Assembly: GCA_965197865.1 (NCBI GenBank) | Contig: CBDANZ010000002.1 | Coordinates: 72,758 to 136,757, forward strand | DNA from: Vicinamibacterales bacterium | Lineage (GTDB): Bacteria > Acidobacteriota > Vicinamibacteria > Vicinamibacterales > CAVVIG01 | Length of the DNA stretch: 64,000 bases | Direction of reading: 5' to 3' | Shown: one piece after another, positions 48,629 through 58,692 of the stretch | Numbering within the stretch: the first letter of the stretch is position 1 | Layout of the letters: each line of letters begins with the position of its first letter | Notes under the pieces: model-generated | What the model was told of the DNA's origin: nothing | The model's database searches: none | What the model saw: the letters and a program-made list of their open reading frames with translations, nothing else | Made by a program: the position numbers and the translations under genes

Positions 48629-49190
48629 CTATGGCATGCAGATCTTGGTGTACTCGGGGTCGGGAGCGGCGTGATCAGCCGCCGCAGACTTCGTTGTTCC
48701 ACCGTACATTACGTCGGCGGATACCGAGAAGCCTCCTGACGGGTGGCCGTTCGTGGCTGCGCACGAGACGGTGAATATGCCCGGGTAGCGCGTACTCTCG
48801 GTCAGTGTCGGATGATCGACGGTTGCCGATTCATCTGGCGAGAAGTCCCACGTCGGGTCGGAGAGCCCCCACGAACCATAGTCGTTGTCGCCGTACGACA
48901 GATCTTGTGCATGAGTGTTGCCGAAATGCAGGTAAACCCTGTACCCGAAGTCGTTGTCGCCAGATGTTCCCACCGCGAGACTGACATTTGCCGTTGGAGG
49001 GTTGTCGTCGTCGGTGATAGTACCGTAGGCGAGCCGGTCCGCGAGGGATACCACATCCGAGCTCGAAGCGGCTGAGGCATTGGACAGCCGCACTGCAAAC
49101 CGCTCAGTGGACTCGTTCGTGCTGTCCTCTCTGGTGGCGATCGTGAATGTCTCCGAATCGTCGCCAGACGTGAACGTCAGCACACCCGAG
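48629..49190 (-). pseudogene. 5'-truncated Calx-beta-type repeat protein, cut by IS6
   Basis: LTFTSGDDSETFTIATREDSTNESTERFAVRLSNAS...AYGTITDDDNPP follows the Calx-beta pattern. G+C is lower than the surroundings. The ORF-track start at 49273 lies inside the IS6 IR region. Confidence 0.55.
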
Positions 49191-49996
49191 GGTATTGTCA
49201 GGTTGAGGCGACGAGTGGCAGAGTAGGCCGATGAGGAGCCAGTCGGCCAGCTATCACGGATATCGATTCCCACCCGACATCATCAGCCACGCGGTCTGGC
49301 TCTACTATCGATTCTGCCTCAGCTTCCGCGATGCTGAAGATCTCCTCGCGCAACGAGGCGTGACGGTCACCTACGAGACGATTCGGCAGTGGTGCCAGCG
49401 GTTCGGTCCGGTCTACGCTCGGCAGCTGCGGCGCCGGCGCGGTCGGATGGGAGACACCTGGCATCTCGACGAGGTGTTCGTCACGATCCAGGGTCGCCAG
49501 CAGTACTTGTGGCGCGCCGTGGATGAGGACGATGACGTCCTGGACCTCCTCGTGCAACCACGACGGAATCGGCACGCCGCGGTGCGATTCTTTCGCAGGT
49601 TACTGAAGAACCAGCAGCACGTGCCGCGACGCTTGATCACCGACAAGCTGCGCAGTTACTCGGCCGCCTGTCGCGCGGTGATGCCATCGGTGCTCCACTG
49701 CACCGATCAGTACGCGAACAACCGCGCGGAGGTCTCTCATCAACCGACACGACAGCGGGAGCGCCAGATGCGGTGTTTCACGTCGGCCGCTCAGCTCCAA
49801 CGGTTCGCGTCGGTTCACGGTATCGTGCAGAATCTCTTCCGAGTCGGTCGGCACCTCTTGCGGTCGGCTCACCACCGTCTGCTCCGCACCCGCGCGTTCG
49901 TTGAATGGGATGCGGTGACGTGCGCCTGCTGAGAACGATCGGAGGCACCGATTTCACGGGGCAAGAGCGTGCTGCCCTCAACAAGTTGACAATGCC
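49191..49996 (+). mobile_element. IS6-family element (806 bp)
   Basis: IRL is GGTATTGTCAGGTTGAGG (49191..). The reverse complement of IRR is GGCATTGTCAACTTGTTGAGGG (ending 49996). Confidence 0.8.
49231..49932 (+). CDS. IS6-family transposase (233 aa)
   Basis: YRFPPDIISHAVWLYYRFCLSFRDAEDLLAQRGVTVTYETIRQWCQRFG, WHLDEVFVTIQGRQQYLWRAVD and ITDKLRSYSAA. Confidence 0.92.
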   Translation: MRSQSASYHGYRFPPDIISHAVWLYYRFCLSFRDAEDLLAQRGVTVTYETIRQWCQRFGPVYARQLRRRRGRMGDTWHLDEVFVTIQGRQQYLWRAVDEDDDVLDLLVQPRRNRHAAVRFFRRLLKNQQHVPRRLITDKLRSYSAACRAVMPSVLHCTDQYANNRAEVSHQPTRQRERQMRCFTSAAQLQRFASVHGIVQNLFRVGRHLLRSAHHRLLRTRAFVEWDAVTCAC

Positions 49997-50110
49997 GTCC
50001 CTGGACACCGTCACGCCCGCCGACGTCTACCACGGGCGGCGGCCAGCGATCCTGGCCGTCGGGAGCAGATCAAGCAGCTGACGTTAACCGCACGACGGCG
50101 AGAGAATCTG
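49997..50110 (+). pseudogene. C-terminal tail remnant of an rve-type transposase
   Basis: SLDTVTPADVYHGRRPAILA, then after a shift REQIKQLTLTARRRENL. This resembles the LTPADVY.GR....L..R..IK tail of IS3/IS481-type integrases. Confidence 0.45.
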
Positions 50111-50216
50111 AGGACGCCGCATCGCGCGGCACAACGGCGGGAAGTGTCTCTTCCCAAACAGCCTCAGTGGTCCGGATTGGTTTGACGACGTACAGTCGCC
50201 AGCCGTGCCAACGAAC

Positions 50217-52475
50217 ATGAACGTCTCGACGCCCCGACTGACCCGGGCCGGGCTTTCCGCACTGGTCCTCATCGTAGCTCTACTCGTGACTTCCGAAACG
50301 GGTTCAGGGCAGGAGGTGAACCGTGGCCAGAACGATACCTCTCCGGCGGAAGCCCCGGTCCTCCGGGCCGCACCCGTACCCGCGGGCCAGGGTGTCGACC
50401 TCGATGGTTACCTCGGCGAGTCCGCTTGGCAGACGGCCACGCCCATCACCGAGTTCAAGCAACAAGACCCGGTCGAGGGCGCCGAGCCCACCGAGGCATC
50501 CGAGATCCGGATCCTCATCGATGGCGTGGCACTCTACATCGGCGCGATGTTCTTCGATGACCCGGACGGAATCCTGGCATACCAAAAGCGCCGCGACGAG
50601 GGCCTGGGTACCGACGACCGATTCATGTGGATCCTGGATACCTTCCTGGACGGTCGGACCGGATACTTCTTCGAGATCAACCCAGCCGGTCTGATGGGAG
50701 ACGGTCTTCTCAGAGCAGGAGGAAACGTCAACAAGGCCTGGGACGGCGTGTGGGAGGCGCGCGTCCAGCGTCTCGACAATGGGTGGTCTGCCGAGATCCG
50801 GATTCCTTGGAGCACCCTGAACTTCAACCCCGAGTCGGACACATGGGGTATCAACTTCCAACGAACCATACGTCGCAAACAGGAGGAGATCCTCTGGACG
50901 GCGCACCGGAGAACCGAGGGGTTGTGGCGACCCATCCACGCCGGACGCCTGACGGGCCTCTCGGACATGTCCCAGGGCATAGGTCTCGAGGTGAAGCCCT
51001 ACGTTGTCGCAGGTTGGACTCGACAAACGACGCTGGCGGACTCGACGAGTTACCCACGAGACCTGGGGTTCGACGTCGGGTATTCGATCACCCCAAGCCT
51101 GCGAGCCGCGGCGTCCTTCAATACCGACTTTGCGGAAGTGGAAGTCGACCAACGGCGAGTGAACCTCACTCGGTTTCCCCTTCGGTTCCCCGAACAACGC
51201 GATTTCTTCCTCGAAGGGTCGGGAGTCTTCACCTTCGCACCCCGAAACGGCGTGGAGCCCTATTTCAGCCGGCGTATCGGACTTCGCGGCGGCAACCCGG
51301 TCCCCATCCAGTTCGGTACCCGACTCGGTGGGCAAGCCGGGCGCTACGAGATCGGATTCCTCCAGGTAGGAACGGAAGACCACCTGGGCATCGGAGGCGA
51401 AGAGTTCACCGTGTCTCGAGTGAAGAGACAGATCTTCGAAGAGTCCACGATCGGCGCGATCTATACGAGACGCGCAGGCGGTGCCGACATCCAGGGCACC
51501 CGCCCCGCCGACAACCATACGGCGGGCATCGATCTGGACTTCCGGACCTCACGGTTTCTCGGCGACAAGAATCTCCAGGTCGACGGCTTCTTCGTCTGGA
51601 ACTCGAACTCCGAGCCCACCGTGGACCGGACACTTTCCGACCTCTCGGCGCGGGGGATTCGGTTCGACTTCCCGAACGACATCTGGCAGATGCACCTCTC
51701 CTACCGAGAGTTCGGGAACTTCTACGATCCGGCCGTGGGCTTCGTCACCCGAAACGGATTTCGGCGGGTGGAGCCCAACGTGACCTGGCGTCCCCGTCCC
51801 GACATCTCGTGGATCCGTCAGTTCGAGTTTGGCACTCAGTTCAGATACCTGGCGTCCATCGAGACCGGGCGTCCCGAGGAGCGACAGTGGCAGTTCGACA
51901 TCCTCAATATCGACTTCGAGAACAGTGCCGACCTCGACTTCGGTGTCACTCGCCAGTTCGAGTATCTCGACCGTGTGTTCGAGATCAGCGACGGTATAGT
52001 CATCCAGCCTGGCGAGTACTGGACGTGGGAGTGGGAGGTGAGCGGAGGAACGCCGAATCAGGAGCGAATCAGCCTGGACGCGGGCGTCGGGGGCGGTAGC
52101 TTCTGGAACGGAGACTGGTTCGGCTACGAGCTCGAGTTTGGCTACCGTCCAACCCCAGGCGTCGAGCTCGGTCTCGAGTATGAACGCGACGAGGTCGCCC
52201 TTCCTCAGGGCGCCTTCGATACGAATCTGTTCCGACTGAACACAGCCTGGGATATCAGCCCCTGGTCCTCCGTCACCGGCAACGTCCAGTACGACGACGT
52301 CTCTGAGATCTTCGGTCTCTTTCTCAAGACGCGATGGATCATCGCTCCCGGGAACGACCTCTACTTGGTCTACACCCAGAACTGGCAGAAGCTGAGAGCG
52401 GATCAGCTCGACCAGCGTTTCACGACGCTGAGCCAGGGCGGGATCACCAAGCTGAACTACACGTTCCGGTTCTAA
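50217..52475 (+). CDS. DUF5916 / CBM9-like outer-membrane protein
   Basis: Signal peptide MNVSTPRLTRAGLSALVLIVALLVTS (an alternative GTG lies at 50205). DGYLGESAWQTATPITEFKQQDPVEGAEPTE...DDRFMWILDTFLDGRTGYFFEINPAG..GD. The C-terminus is KLNYTFRF. Confidence 0.75.
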   Translation: MNVSTPRLTRAGLSALVLIVALLVTSETGSGQEVNRGQNDTSPAEAPVLRAAPVPAGQGVDLDGYLGESAWQTATPITEFKQQDPVEGAEPTEASEIRILIDGVALYIGAMFFDDPDGILAYQKRRDEGLGTDDRFMWILDTFLDGRTGYFFEINPAGLMGDGLLRAGGNVNKAWDGVWEARVQRLDNGWSAEIRIPWSTLNFNPESDTWGINFQRTIRRKQEEILWTAHRRTEGLWRPIHAGRLTGLSDMSQGIGLEVKPYVVAGWTRQTTLADSTSYPRDLGFDVGYSITPSLRAAASFNTDFAEVEVDQRRVNLTRFPLRFPEQRDFFLEGSGVFTFAPRNGVEPYFSRRIGLRGGNPVPIQFGTRLGGQAGRYEIGFLQVGTEDHLGIGGEEFTVSRVKRQIFEESTIGAIYTRRAGGADIQGTRPADNHTAGIDLDFRTSRFLGDKNLQVDGFFVWNSNSEPTVDRTLSDLSARGIRFDFPNDIWQMHLSYREFGNFYDPAVGFVTRNGFRRVEPNVTWRPRPDISWIRQFEFGTQFRYLASIETGRPEERQWQFDILNIDFENSADLDFGVTRQFEYLDRVFEISDGIVIQPGEYWTWEWEVSGGTPNQERISLDAGVGGGSFWNGDWFGYELEFGYRPTPGVELGLEYERDEVALPQGAFDTNLFRLNTAWDISPWSSVTGNVQYDDVSEIFGLFLKTRWIIAPGNDLYLVYTQNWQKLRADQLDQRFTTLSQGGITKLNYTFRF

Positions 52476-52476
52476 A

Positions 52477-54376
52477 GGGGTCGTGTCTGTCAACTGGTGG
52501 AAAAGTAGAAAGCGCGTCATCATCCGGCGCAGTTCAACCACGAGCTGTGCGCCCGCTTGGCGGCGGGTGCCGAAGGAGGCCGCAATGCAGGACTCTACGA
52601 CCAAGACGGCCGCCGGCGGAAGGCTGCCGACGTTCGGGCCGGACACGATCGAAACCCTGATGCGGGCGCGGGTGCGGACCACGATCGAGGCCATCGTGCA
52701 GGAAGAACTCGATGCGGCGTTGGGCGCGGCGAAGTCGGCGCGCGTCGGTGAGACGCGCCAGGGCTACCGTCACGGGAGTCGCGAGCGGACGCTGACGACC
52801 AGCCTGGAGCCGGCGACGATCCCGATGCCCCGCGCGCGGATTCAGGCGGCTGACGGCACAACCGCGGAGTGGCGCAGTGCGCCGGTCACGCGCTATCAGC
52901 GGCGGACCGTGCGTGTAGACGAGATGATCCTGGGCGTGTATTTGGCGGGCACGAATACGCGGCGCATCAAGGGCGCCCTCGCCCCGCTGCTGCGGAATGG
53001 GCCCCTCTCGAAAGATGCCGTATCGTGGCTCGTGGGTCGGCGGCGCGAGGACTTCGACACGTGGCGCAGTCGCGACCTGGCCGACGAGGACATTCGCTAC
53101 GTGTTCATGGATGGGTGGTATCCCAAGGTGCGGATCGGCGGTCGACGTGCGCGGGTGCCGGTGCTAAAGCGCTTTTCAAATAGGCCTTGTACCACCTAGG
53201 GCGGTCGTGGTACTTCTGCGCGCACTGATGTCGGAGGACCGATGCGTGCCTCTTCGATGGATCTGCGAGAGCGGGCGCGACTCGACAGCGAGGCCGGGAT
53301 GACGGCGGCCGAGGTGGCGGCGAAGTCCCGCGTGAGCGGGTCGTGGGTGCGGCTCTTGCAACAGCGGCGGCGCGAAACGGGCGAGCTGGCGCCTCGCGTC
53401 CAGCGACATGGACGGCGCGGCATGCTCGATCCGCACCTGCACACCTTGGCCGATCTGATGGCGGCGCACCCGGATCGCACGCTGGCTGAGCGGAAGGACG
53501 CCCTCGCCACGCCCGCGAGTGTGCCGACGGTCTGGCGCGCCGGGCGGGCCCTCGGCCTGACCGTTAAAAAACACGGTCCGCCCGTCCGAACACGATCGGC
53601 CTGACGTCGCGGCAGCGCGGGTCGCGTGGCACGCGGCGGCGCCGACCTGGGACGTCGCCCACCTCGTGTTTCTGGACAAAACCGACCTCACCACCAAGCT
53701 GCTTCGGCGGTACGGCCGGGCACCGCGTGGCGCGCGCGTCCACGACCACGCCCCCTGCGGGCGCTGGCAGACCAGCACGTTTCTCGCCGCGTTGCGGGTC
53801 ACGGGGCTGACCGCACCGGGTGTCTTCGACGGCGCGATCGATGGCGAGAGCTTCCGCGCCTACATCGAACAGATCCTGGTGCCGACCTTGCCGCCAGGCG
53901 ACATCGTCATCGCCGACAACCTCGGGGGCCCACAAGGTCGCCGGCATCCAGCGGGCCCGCCAGGCCGCCGGGGCCACACTCTGGTACTTGCCACCCTATA
54001 GCCCGGACCTCAATCCCATCGAGCTCTGCTTCGCGAAGCTCAAGGCCCTCGTGCGCACCGCACGCTGTCGCAGCAGCGAGACGCTCTGGCCGTTCCTCGG
54101 TACCTGTCTCGAGCACTTCAGTCCTGACGAATGCCGCAACTCTTTTCGGCACGGCGGGTACTCGGCCGCCACACGGTCATGAAAAGCGCTTTAGTGACCT
54201 TGGGCGTCCGCGTGAACGGGCAGCGTGTCGTGTTAGATCTGCGGTTGGCTGGCGAAGAAAGTGCCGCGAGTTGGGGCGAGGTCGTCGCCAGCCTTGTGGC
54301 CCGGCACCTGACTCGACCGGTGTTGGCCATGATCGACGGGAATCCCGGGCTCGCCACGGCGCTCCTGGCGCACTGG
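52477..54376 (+). mobile_element. IS256-family element (type b), 3'-truncated and interrupted by IS630
   Basis: IRL-like GGGGTCGTGTCTGTCAACTGG starts 1 nt after the DUF5916 stop. The transposase pieces are 52585..53166 (MQDSTTK...RARVPVL) and 54194..54376 (VTLGVRVNGQRVVLDLRLAGEESAASW...IDGNPGL). They join in frame once IS630 plus one TA are removed. Confidence 0.75.
53167..54191 (+). mobile_element. IS630-family element (1025 bp) with TA duplication; transposase spread over 3 frames
   Basis: TA lies at 53165..53166 and 54192..54193. The terminal IRs are AAGCGCTTTTCA.../...TGAAAAGCGCTT. The HTH part is at 53242..53604. The DDE part is split between frames (53666..53930 and 53930..54182, with DNLGAHK and YSPDLNPIE). 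Confidence 0.8.
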
Positions 54377-55457
54377 GGCGTTGTTGCATGAATACCGTCT
54401 GCGGGTGGGGCGGCGTGGCCCGCACTTCTCGGGACCCTCCGCAGGAGCCACACTACGGGATGCAGTCGAAGGTTCATCCCAGGTATAAGACGAAGTATCG
54501 GGTGGCGAACTGGGCGGCCTACAATCAGGCCCTTGTTCGACGCGGCGATGTGACGGTGTGGGTGTCCTCGGAAGCGATCGCTGCCTGGACGCCCGGCCGG
54601 AGTGGCCGGCGGGGCGGGCAGCGGCGCTACTCGGATCTCGCCACCGAGACCGCCCTGACCCTGCGGCTCCTCTCCCATCTCCCGCTGCGCCAAGCCGAAG
54701 GATTCCTGCACGCCCTGTTCGGGATAATGCGCCTCGACCTCTCCGTCCCCGACTCTACGACGCTCTCCCGGCGCAGTCAGCATCTGCGGCGCTGTCTGCG
54801 ACCGGTCCCGGCCGGCGAGGGCCTCCATCTCGTGCTCGACAGCACGGGGTTGTCCATCGTCGGGGCAGGTGAGTGGGCAGCTGCGACACACGGTGGCCGC
54901 GGCCGGCGTGGCTGGCGGAAGCTCCACCTTGGCGTCGATCAATCAGGAGTGATCCGTGTCCACACGTTGACTGAGGAGACGGGCGATGATGCGACCATTG
55001 CCATCGATCTGCTCACCGCGGTCAAGGGCCCTCTCGTGCGCGTCACCGCTGACGCCGCCTCTGACACGGTCGCCATCTACGAGACTGCAAGGGCGCGGGG
55101 TGTGACGGTCGTCGTCCCACCGGTCAGGACGGCGAACGTCTCTGGCCACGGCCCGCGGTCGCCCGCGCGGGATCGAACGATCCCGTTGGTAAAGACGCTC
55201 GGCCGGTGCCGCTGGAAGAAGGTGTCAGGGTACCATCGTCAGGGCCGGGTGGAGAACACGTTCTTCCGCTACCAGTCCATCATCGGCGATGGCCTTCGCG
55301 CCCGGAGTCCAGCCAGGCAGGGGAGTGAGGTCGTCCTCGGCTGCGAGATCCTGAATCGGATGACCGCCCTCGGCCGACCCGTGTCATATCGCCTCGGCAG
55401 GTGAGGATCCTGTCGGTGGGCATCGTGCGGGCCAGTCACGATTCGTGCAACAACGCC
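54377..55457 (+). mobile_element. IS903-group element no. 2 (1081 bp), inserted in IS256 type b
   Basis: IRL is GGCGTTGTTGCATGAATACCG. IRR is ...CACGATTCGTGCAACAACGCC. The flanking 9-mers differ (gcgcactgg vs tatctaccg). Confidence 0.8.
54460..55404 (+). CDS. IS903-group DDE transposase (314 aa), diverged paralogue of 43286..44230
   Basis: MQSKVHPRYKTKYRVANWAAYNQALVRRGDVTVWV... and [25 protein letters not shown]. The ORF-track entry 53626..55404 is an upstream read-through. Confidence 0.9.
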   Translation: MQSKVHPRYKTKYRVANWAAYNQALVRRGDVTVWVSSEAIAAWTPGRSGRRGGQRRYSDLATETALTLRLLSHLPLRQAEGFLHALFGIMRLDLSVPDSTTLSRRSQHLRRCLRPVPAGEGLHLVLDSTGLSIVGAGEWAAATHGGRGRRGWRKLHLGVDQSGVIRVHTLTEETGDDATIAIDLLTAVKGPLVRVTADAASDTVAIYETARARGVTVVVPPVRTANVSGHGPRSPARDRTIPLVKTLGRCRWKKVSGYHRQGRVENTFFRYQSIIGDGLRARSPARQGSEVVLGCEILNRMTALGRPVSYRLGR

Positions 55458-55791
55458 TATCTACCGCTACACGTACGCGTGGACGCTTCGTGACACGAAA
55501 ATCCTGCCATCACACTACCGATCACATACCGACTGCCCGTACGTTCACGTGAAGCTGTATGTGATCGACAGGGAGGTTGCGTTTCTGGGTAGCCTGAATT
55601 TCACGAAGCCCGGACTATGTGACAACTTCGAGACGTGCCTTCGCGTGGGCAAGCGCGACGACGTTCGAGCGCTAGAACTCCTGATCAAGAGCCAGCTCAA
55701 GGAGATAGAGTCGTGGTCCCTCGCGCCCTCAGATGTAGGCGCGTTGCTTGTCAACGCTCGCGTGTGGCACGAACGACGCGCGGTCGGGTGA
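55458..55791 (+). pseudogene. 3' fragment of a phospholipase-D-fold (HKD) protein
   Basis: The frame is open from the IS903 end: ...DCPYVHVKLYVIDREVAFLGSLNFTKPG, which fits HxK(x)4D(x)6GSxN. No start codon or N-terminal half is present. Confidence 0.6.
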
Positions 55792-56086
55792 CTGCGAGCT
55801 CACCCAGTCGGGTAAGGACGTTGTAGAAGCGGATACGCAAAGAGGGGTTGGTGGCGATGAAGGTGTGTATCTCGATGAACAATCAGACACGATCGTCCCA
55901 TTGACCATGTTGCACATTCGGCGGCAGCGGCCTCGCCGCCCTCACGGACAAACCATCCAGATCCTTGCCGACACGGATGCCGCGGCGCGCCTGCCGCTCT
56001 TCAGCGGTAACCCTGATGGTGTTCGTGATTCTCGTGCGGCGGTCAACATGGTGGTGAGGGGCTCCGGGTTTTTCAGACCATTGCCA

Positions 56087-57237
56087 GGGTGAGTCTTGCG
56101 GCACAATCAGGCCGATCGGCCAGGAGGGTGTGCCGTGAAGAGAACGCGCTTTTCCGTCGAGCAGATCACCGGCGTGTTGCAGCAGGTCGGGGCCGGGGTA
56201 CCGGTCGGGGACGTCTGCCGCCAGGTCGGCGTGTCCGAGCAGACGCTCTACCGCTGGAAGAAGGAATACGGCGGCATGCTGCCCAGTGAGGCCCGCGAGC
56301 TGAAACAACTGCGGGACGAAAATACGAAGCTCAAGCGTCTCGTCGCCGACCTGTCCCTGGACAAGGTCATGCTCCAGGATGTCGTCGAAAAAAAGTTCTG
56401 AAGCCCGTCAAACAGCGTGAGGTCATGCAGTATTTGATGGGCCGCTACGGCGTGAGCATCCGCCGCGCCTGCCGCGTCGTGAAGACGACGCGGTCATCGG
56501 TGTACTACACGCGCCGGAAGGATCCGCTCACGGCTCTGCGTCAGCGGGCGCGCGAACTGGCCCAGGCGCGCGTCCGGTTCGGCTATCGCCGGCTGCTGGT
56601 GTTGCTGCGGCGCGAAGGCTGGGACGTCGGCAAAGAGCGCTTCTATCGCGTGTACATCGAGGAAGGCCTAGCGCTCCGGCGGAAGCGCCCGTGGCGCCAC
56701 GCGACGGCCGGCCATCGCGAGCAGCGACGGCCAGCCATGACCCGCAACGATATCTGGAGCATGGATTTCGTGGCGGACGAGCTGGCCGACGGCCGCCGCT
56801 TCCGGACGCTCACCGTCATAGACCTGTTTACCCGCGAATGCCTGGCGATCGAGGTCGAACAGGGCCTTCGCGGACAGGATGTCGCGGCGACGCTGGAGCA
56901 TCTCCGATTCGAGCGCGGGTTGCCCCAACGGATCTACTGCGACAACGGGACCGAGTTCGTCAGCTCGGCGATGGAGCGCTGGGCCTACACCAACGGCGTC
57001 ATCCTGGACTTCAGCCGGCCCGGCAAGCCCACGGACAACGCCACCATCGAATCGTTCAACGGGCGGTTCCGGGAGGAATGTCTGAACGTGCATTGGTTCG
57101 CGTCGCTCGAGGACGCGCAGCAGAAGATCGACGCGTTTCGGTGGGACTACAATGAGAATCATCCTCACCGGGCTCTCAAGGGGCTCAGCCCCAATGAATA
57201 CGCCCGGCGAACGATGACAACGGCTGCGGACTCACCC
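56087..57237 (+). mobile_element. IS3-family (IS407-group-like) element
   Basis: The inverted termini are GGGTGAGTCTTGCGG (56087..) and GCGGACTCACCC (..57237). It has orfA/orfB organisation. No matching target duplication was seen, so the ends are approximate. Confidence 0.7.
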
Positions 57238-57243
57238 GCGTAG
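56135..57243 (+). CDS. IS3-family transposase OrfAB (orfA 56135..56401; orfB in the -1 frame to 57243)
   Basis: orfA starts at GTG after GGAGGG: VKRTRFSVEQITGVLQQVGAGVPVGDVCRQVGVSEQTLYRWKKEYGGM...LKRLVADLSLDKVML. orfB contains DIWSMDFV...TVIDLFTRECL...CDNGTEFVS...KPTDNATIESFNGRFREE (DDE). Confidence 0.9.
56388..56395 (+). promoter_or_regulatory. -1 programmed ribosomal frameshift slippery site A AAA AAG
   Basis: Seven A residues followed by G lie 4 nt before the orfA stop. The -1 frame is open from here (KKVLKPVKQREVMQYL) into orfB. Confidence 0.7.
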
Positions 57244-57263
57244 TGGTCCGAAAAAGCCGGTCC

Positions 57264-58692
57264 GGGCTTGTCCCATCCGCTGTTGAAATTCAGCGGCGGC
57301 TCGGGTGACGACTACGCAACCATCCCCGACGATTCATCGAGCCCCAGCTGAGCGTCACGTGCTCGCAACGCGGCGACCAGCACGGGCATGTCCTTACACC
57401 CCTTCACCCGCCGGAATCCTTTGGCCGCTTCCAGCACACCGGCAGCGACCCAGCGGAGCACCATCGTACCCCCGCGCCAGCGTTTCACGTTCCGCTTCAC
57501 GTGGCGTGTCCGGCTCAGGAGGCTCTCGACGGCGTTGGTCGTCGCCAGCGATCGGCGGAGCCGCTCCGAGAGCGGCAACTCGACTACGGTGAGCGTCTCG
57601 TCGAGCCCTTCCCGTATGCTGGCGGCTGCACTCGGATAATCGACGTCCACCCGCCGGGCCAAGTCCTGCAACAAGCGCCGGGCCGCCTTGATGTCGGTGT
57701 GCGTATAGGCGCGCGTGAGGGTCGCCTTCACCCACGGACGCTGGGCCTCGGGCAGATACTCGAGCACGTTGCGCCGTTTATGCACCTGGCATCGTTGTAC
57801 CAGGGCTGCGGGGCCGAAGGTCTGCATCACCGCAGTGTGGAGCGCTTGCGCTCCATCGAGGATGACGAGCAGACTGCGGTCGGTCCGCAGCCCACGGCTC
57901 TGCAGATTGGTCAGCAAGCCCTGACACACGGTCGTGTTCTCCGCTGACCCTTCCCAGAGGCCCAGCGGGTGTTTGGCGCCCGTTTTATCGAGGCCCAGCG
58001 CCACGACGATGCAGTGGCCGCCGACGTGGACCCCATCGATCAGTAGCGCCACCAGCTCGAGGTCGTCGAGCGGCGTCGCCCGCCACGCATCGAGTTGCGC
58101 CTGCGTCTGCGCCACAAACCGCCGACTCACGGCACTCTTGCTTGTGCCCCGCGTGCGGACGTCGGCCCCCAGCGGTTCTAGACTCCGGCCATACTGGCGC
58201 GTGGCCACGCCGATGAGCATCTGTTCGACCACGCGCCGGGTGAGCGGATCCGTGTTCGTACAGGCCTGGACGGATGGCAGCGCGACCTCCTGCCCGTCGC
58301 GCCGCACCCGCGGCCGACGCAGGGCGACCTTGCGGCCCCCCAGCACGACTTCGCTGGGCGCATGGCCCGCCCGAGACGCCCGCCGCGCGGGCTGATGCGC
58401 ATACCGCGGACCGCACACGGCCACGCGATCCGCTTCCAACATCGCCGCGAGGACCTTCAGGCCCGACGCGACGACCAGCTCTTGGAGCTCGGCCTGTGCA
58501 TCGACCAGGATGTCGACCAATGGAAGGTGCCGTGGTGCCGGCAATGCTGATTGGCGCCCACGAACGCCTGTGCCAAACTTCTTCATGGCGGCTCCTTTCT
58601 GGGGGCTTCAGCCCCAGGTTTTCCCACCGGCCGTCTATCACGACCAGCAGGGAGCCGCCGCTTTAAATTTCAACAGCTAGAGGGACATCCCC
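57264..58692 (-). mobile_element. IS256-family element (type a), copy A, 1429 bp
   Basis: The termini are GGGCTTGTCCCATCCGCTGTTGAAATTCAGCGGCGGC (57264..) and the reverse complement of GGGGATGTCCCTCTAGCTGTTGAAATTTAAAGCGGCGGC (..58692). It is near-identical to copy B. Confidence 0.9.
57312..58586 (-). CDS. IS256-family (Mutator-type) transposase, 424 aa
   Basis: LLIDGVHVGGHCIVVALGLDKTG, LVILDGAQALHTAV and VQRCQVHKRRNVLEYLPE. It differs from copy B at one residue (SVQACTN vs SVQAFTN). Confidence 0.92.
   Translation of the reverse strand: MKKFGTGVRGRQSALPAPRHLPLVDILVDAQAELQELVVASGLKVLAAMLEADRVAVCGPRYAHQPARRASRAGHAPSEVVLGGRKVALRRPRVRRDGQEVALPSVQACTNTDPLTRRVVEQMLIGVATRQYGRSLEPLGADVRTRGTSKSAVSRRFVAQTQAQLDAWRATPLDDLELVALLIDGVHVGGHCIVVALGLDKTGAKHPLGLWEGSAENTTVCQGLLTNLQSRGLRTDRSLLVILDGAQALHTAVMQTFGPAALVQRCQVHKRRNVLEYLPEAQRPWVKATLTRAYTHTDIKAARRLLQDLARRVDVDYPSAAASIREGLDETLTVVELPLSERLRRSLATTNAVESLLSRTRHVKRNVKRWRGGTMVLRWVAAGVLEAAKGFRRVKGCKDMPVLVAALRARDAQLGLDESSGMVA

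Noticed and set aside
55792-56086. ORFs on both strands between the PLD fragment and the IS3 element (55748..56092 plus strand, 55883..56308 minus strand).
   Set aside because: They overlap each other and the IS3 end and show no family signature. They are likely read-through noise in junk DNA.
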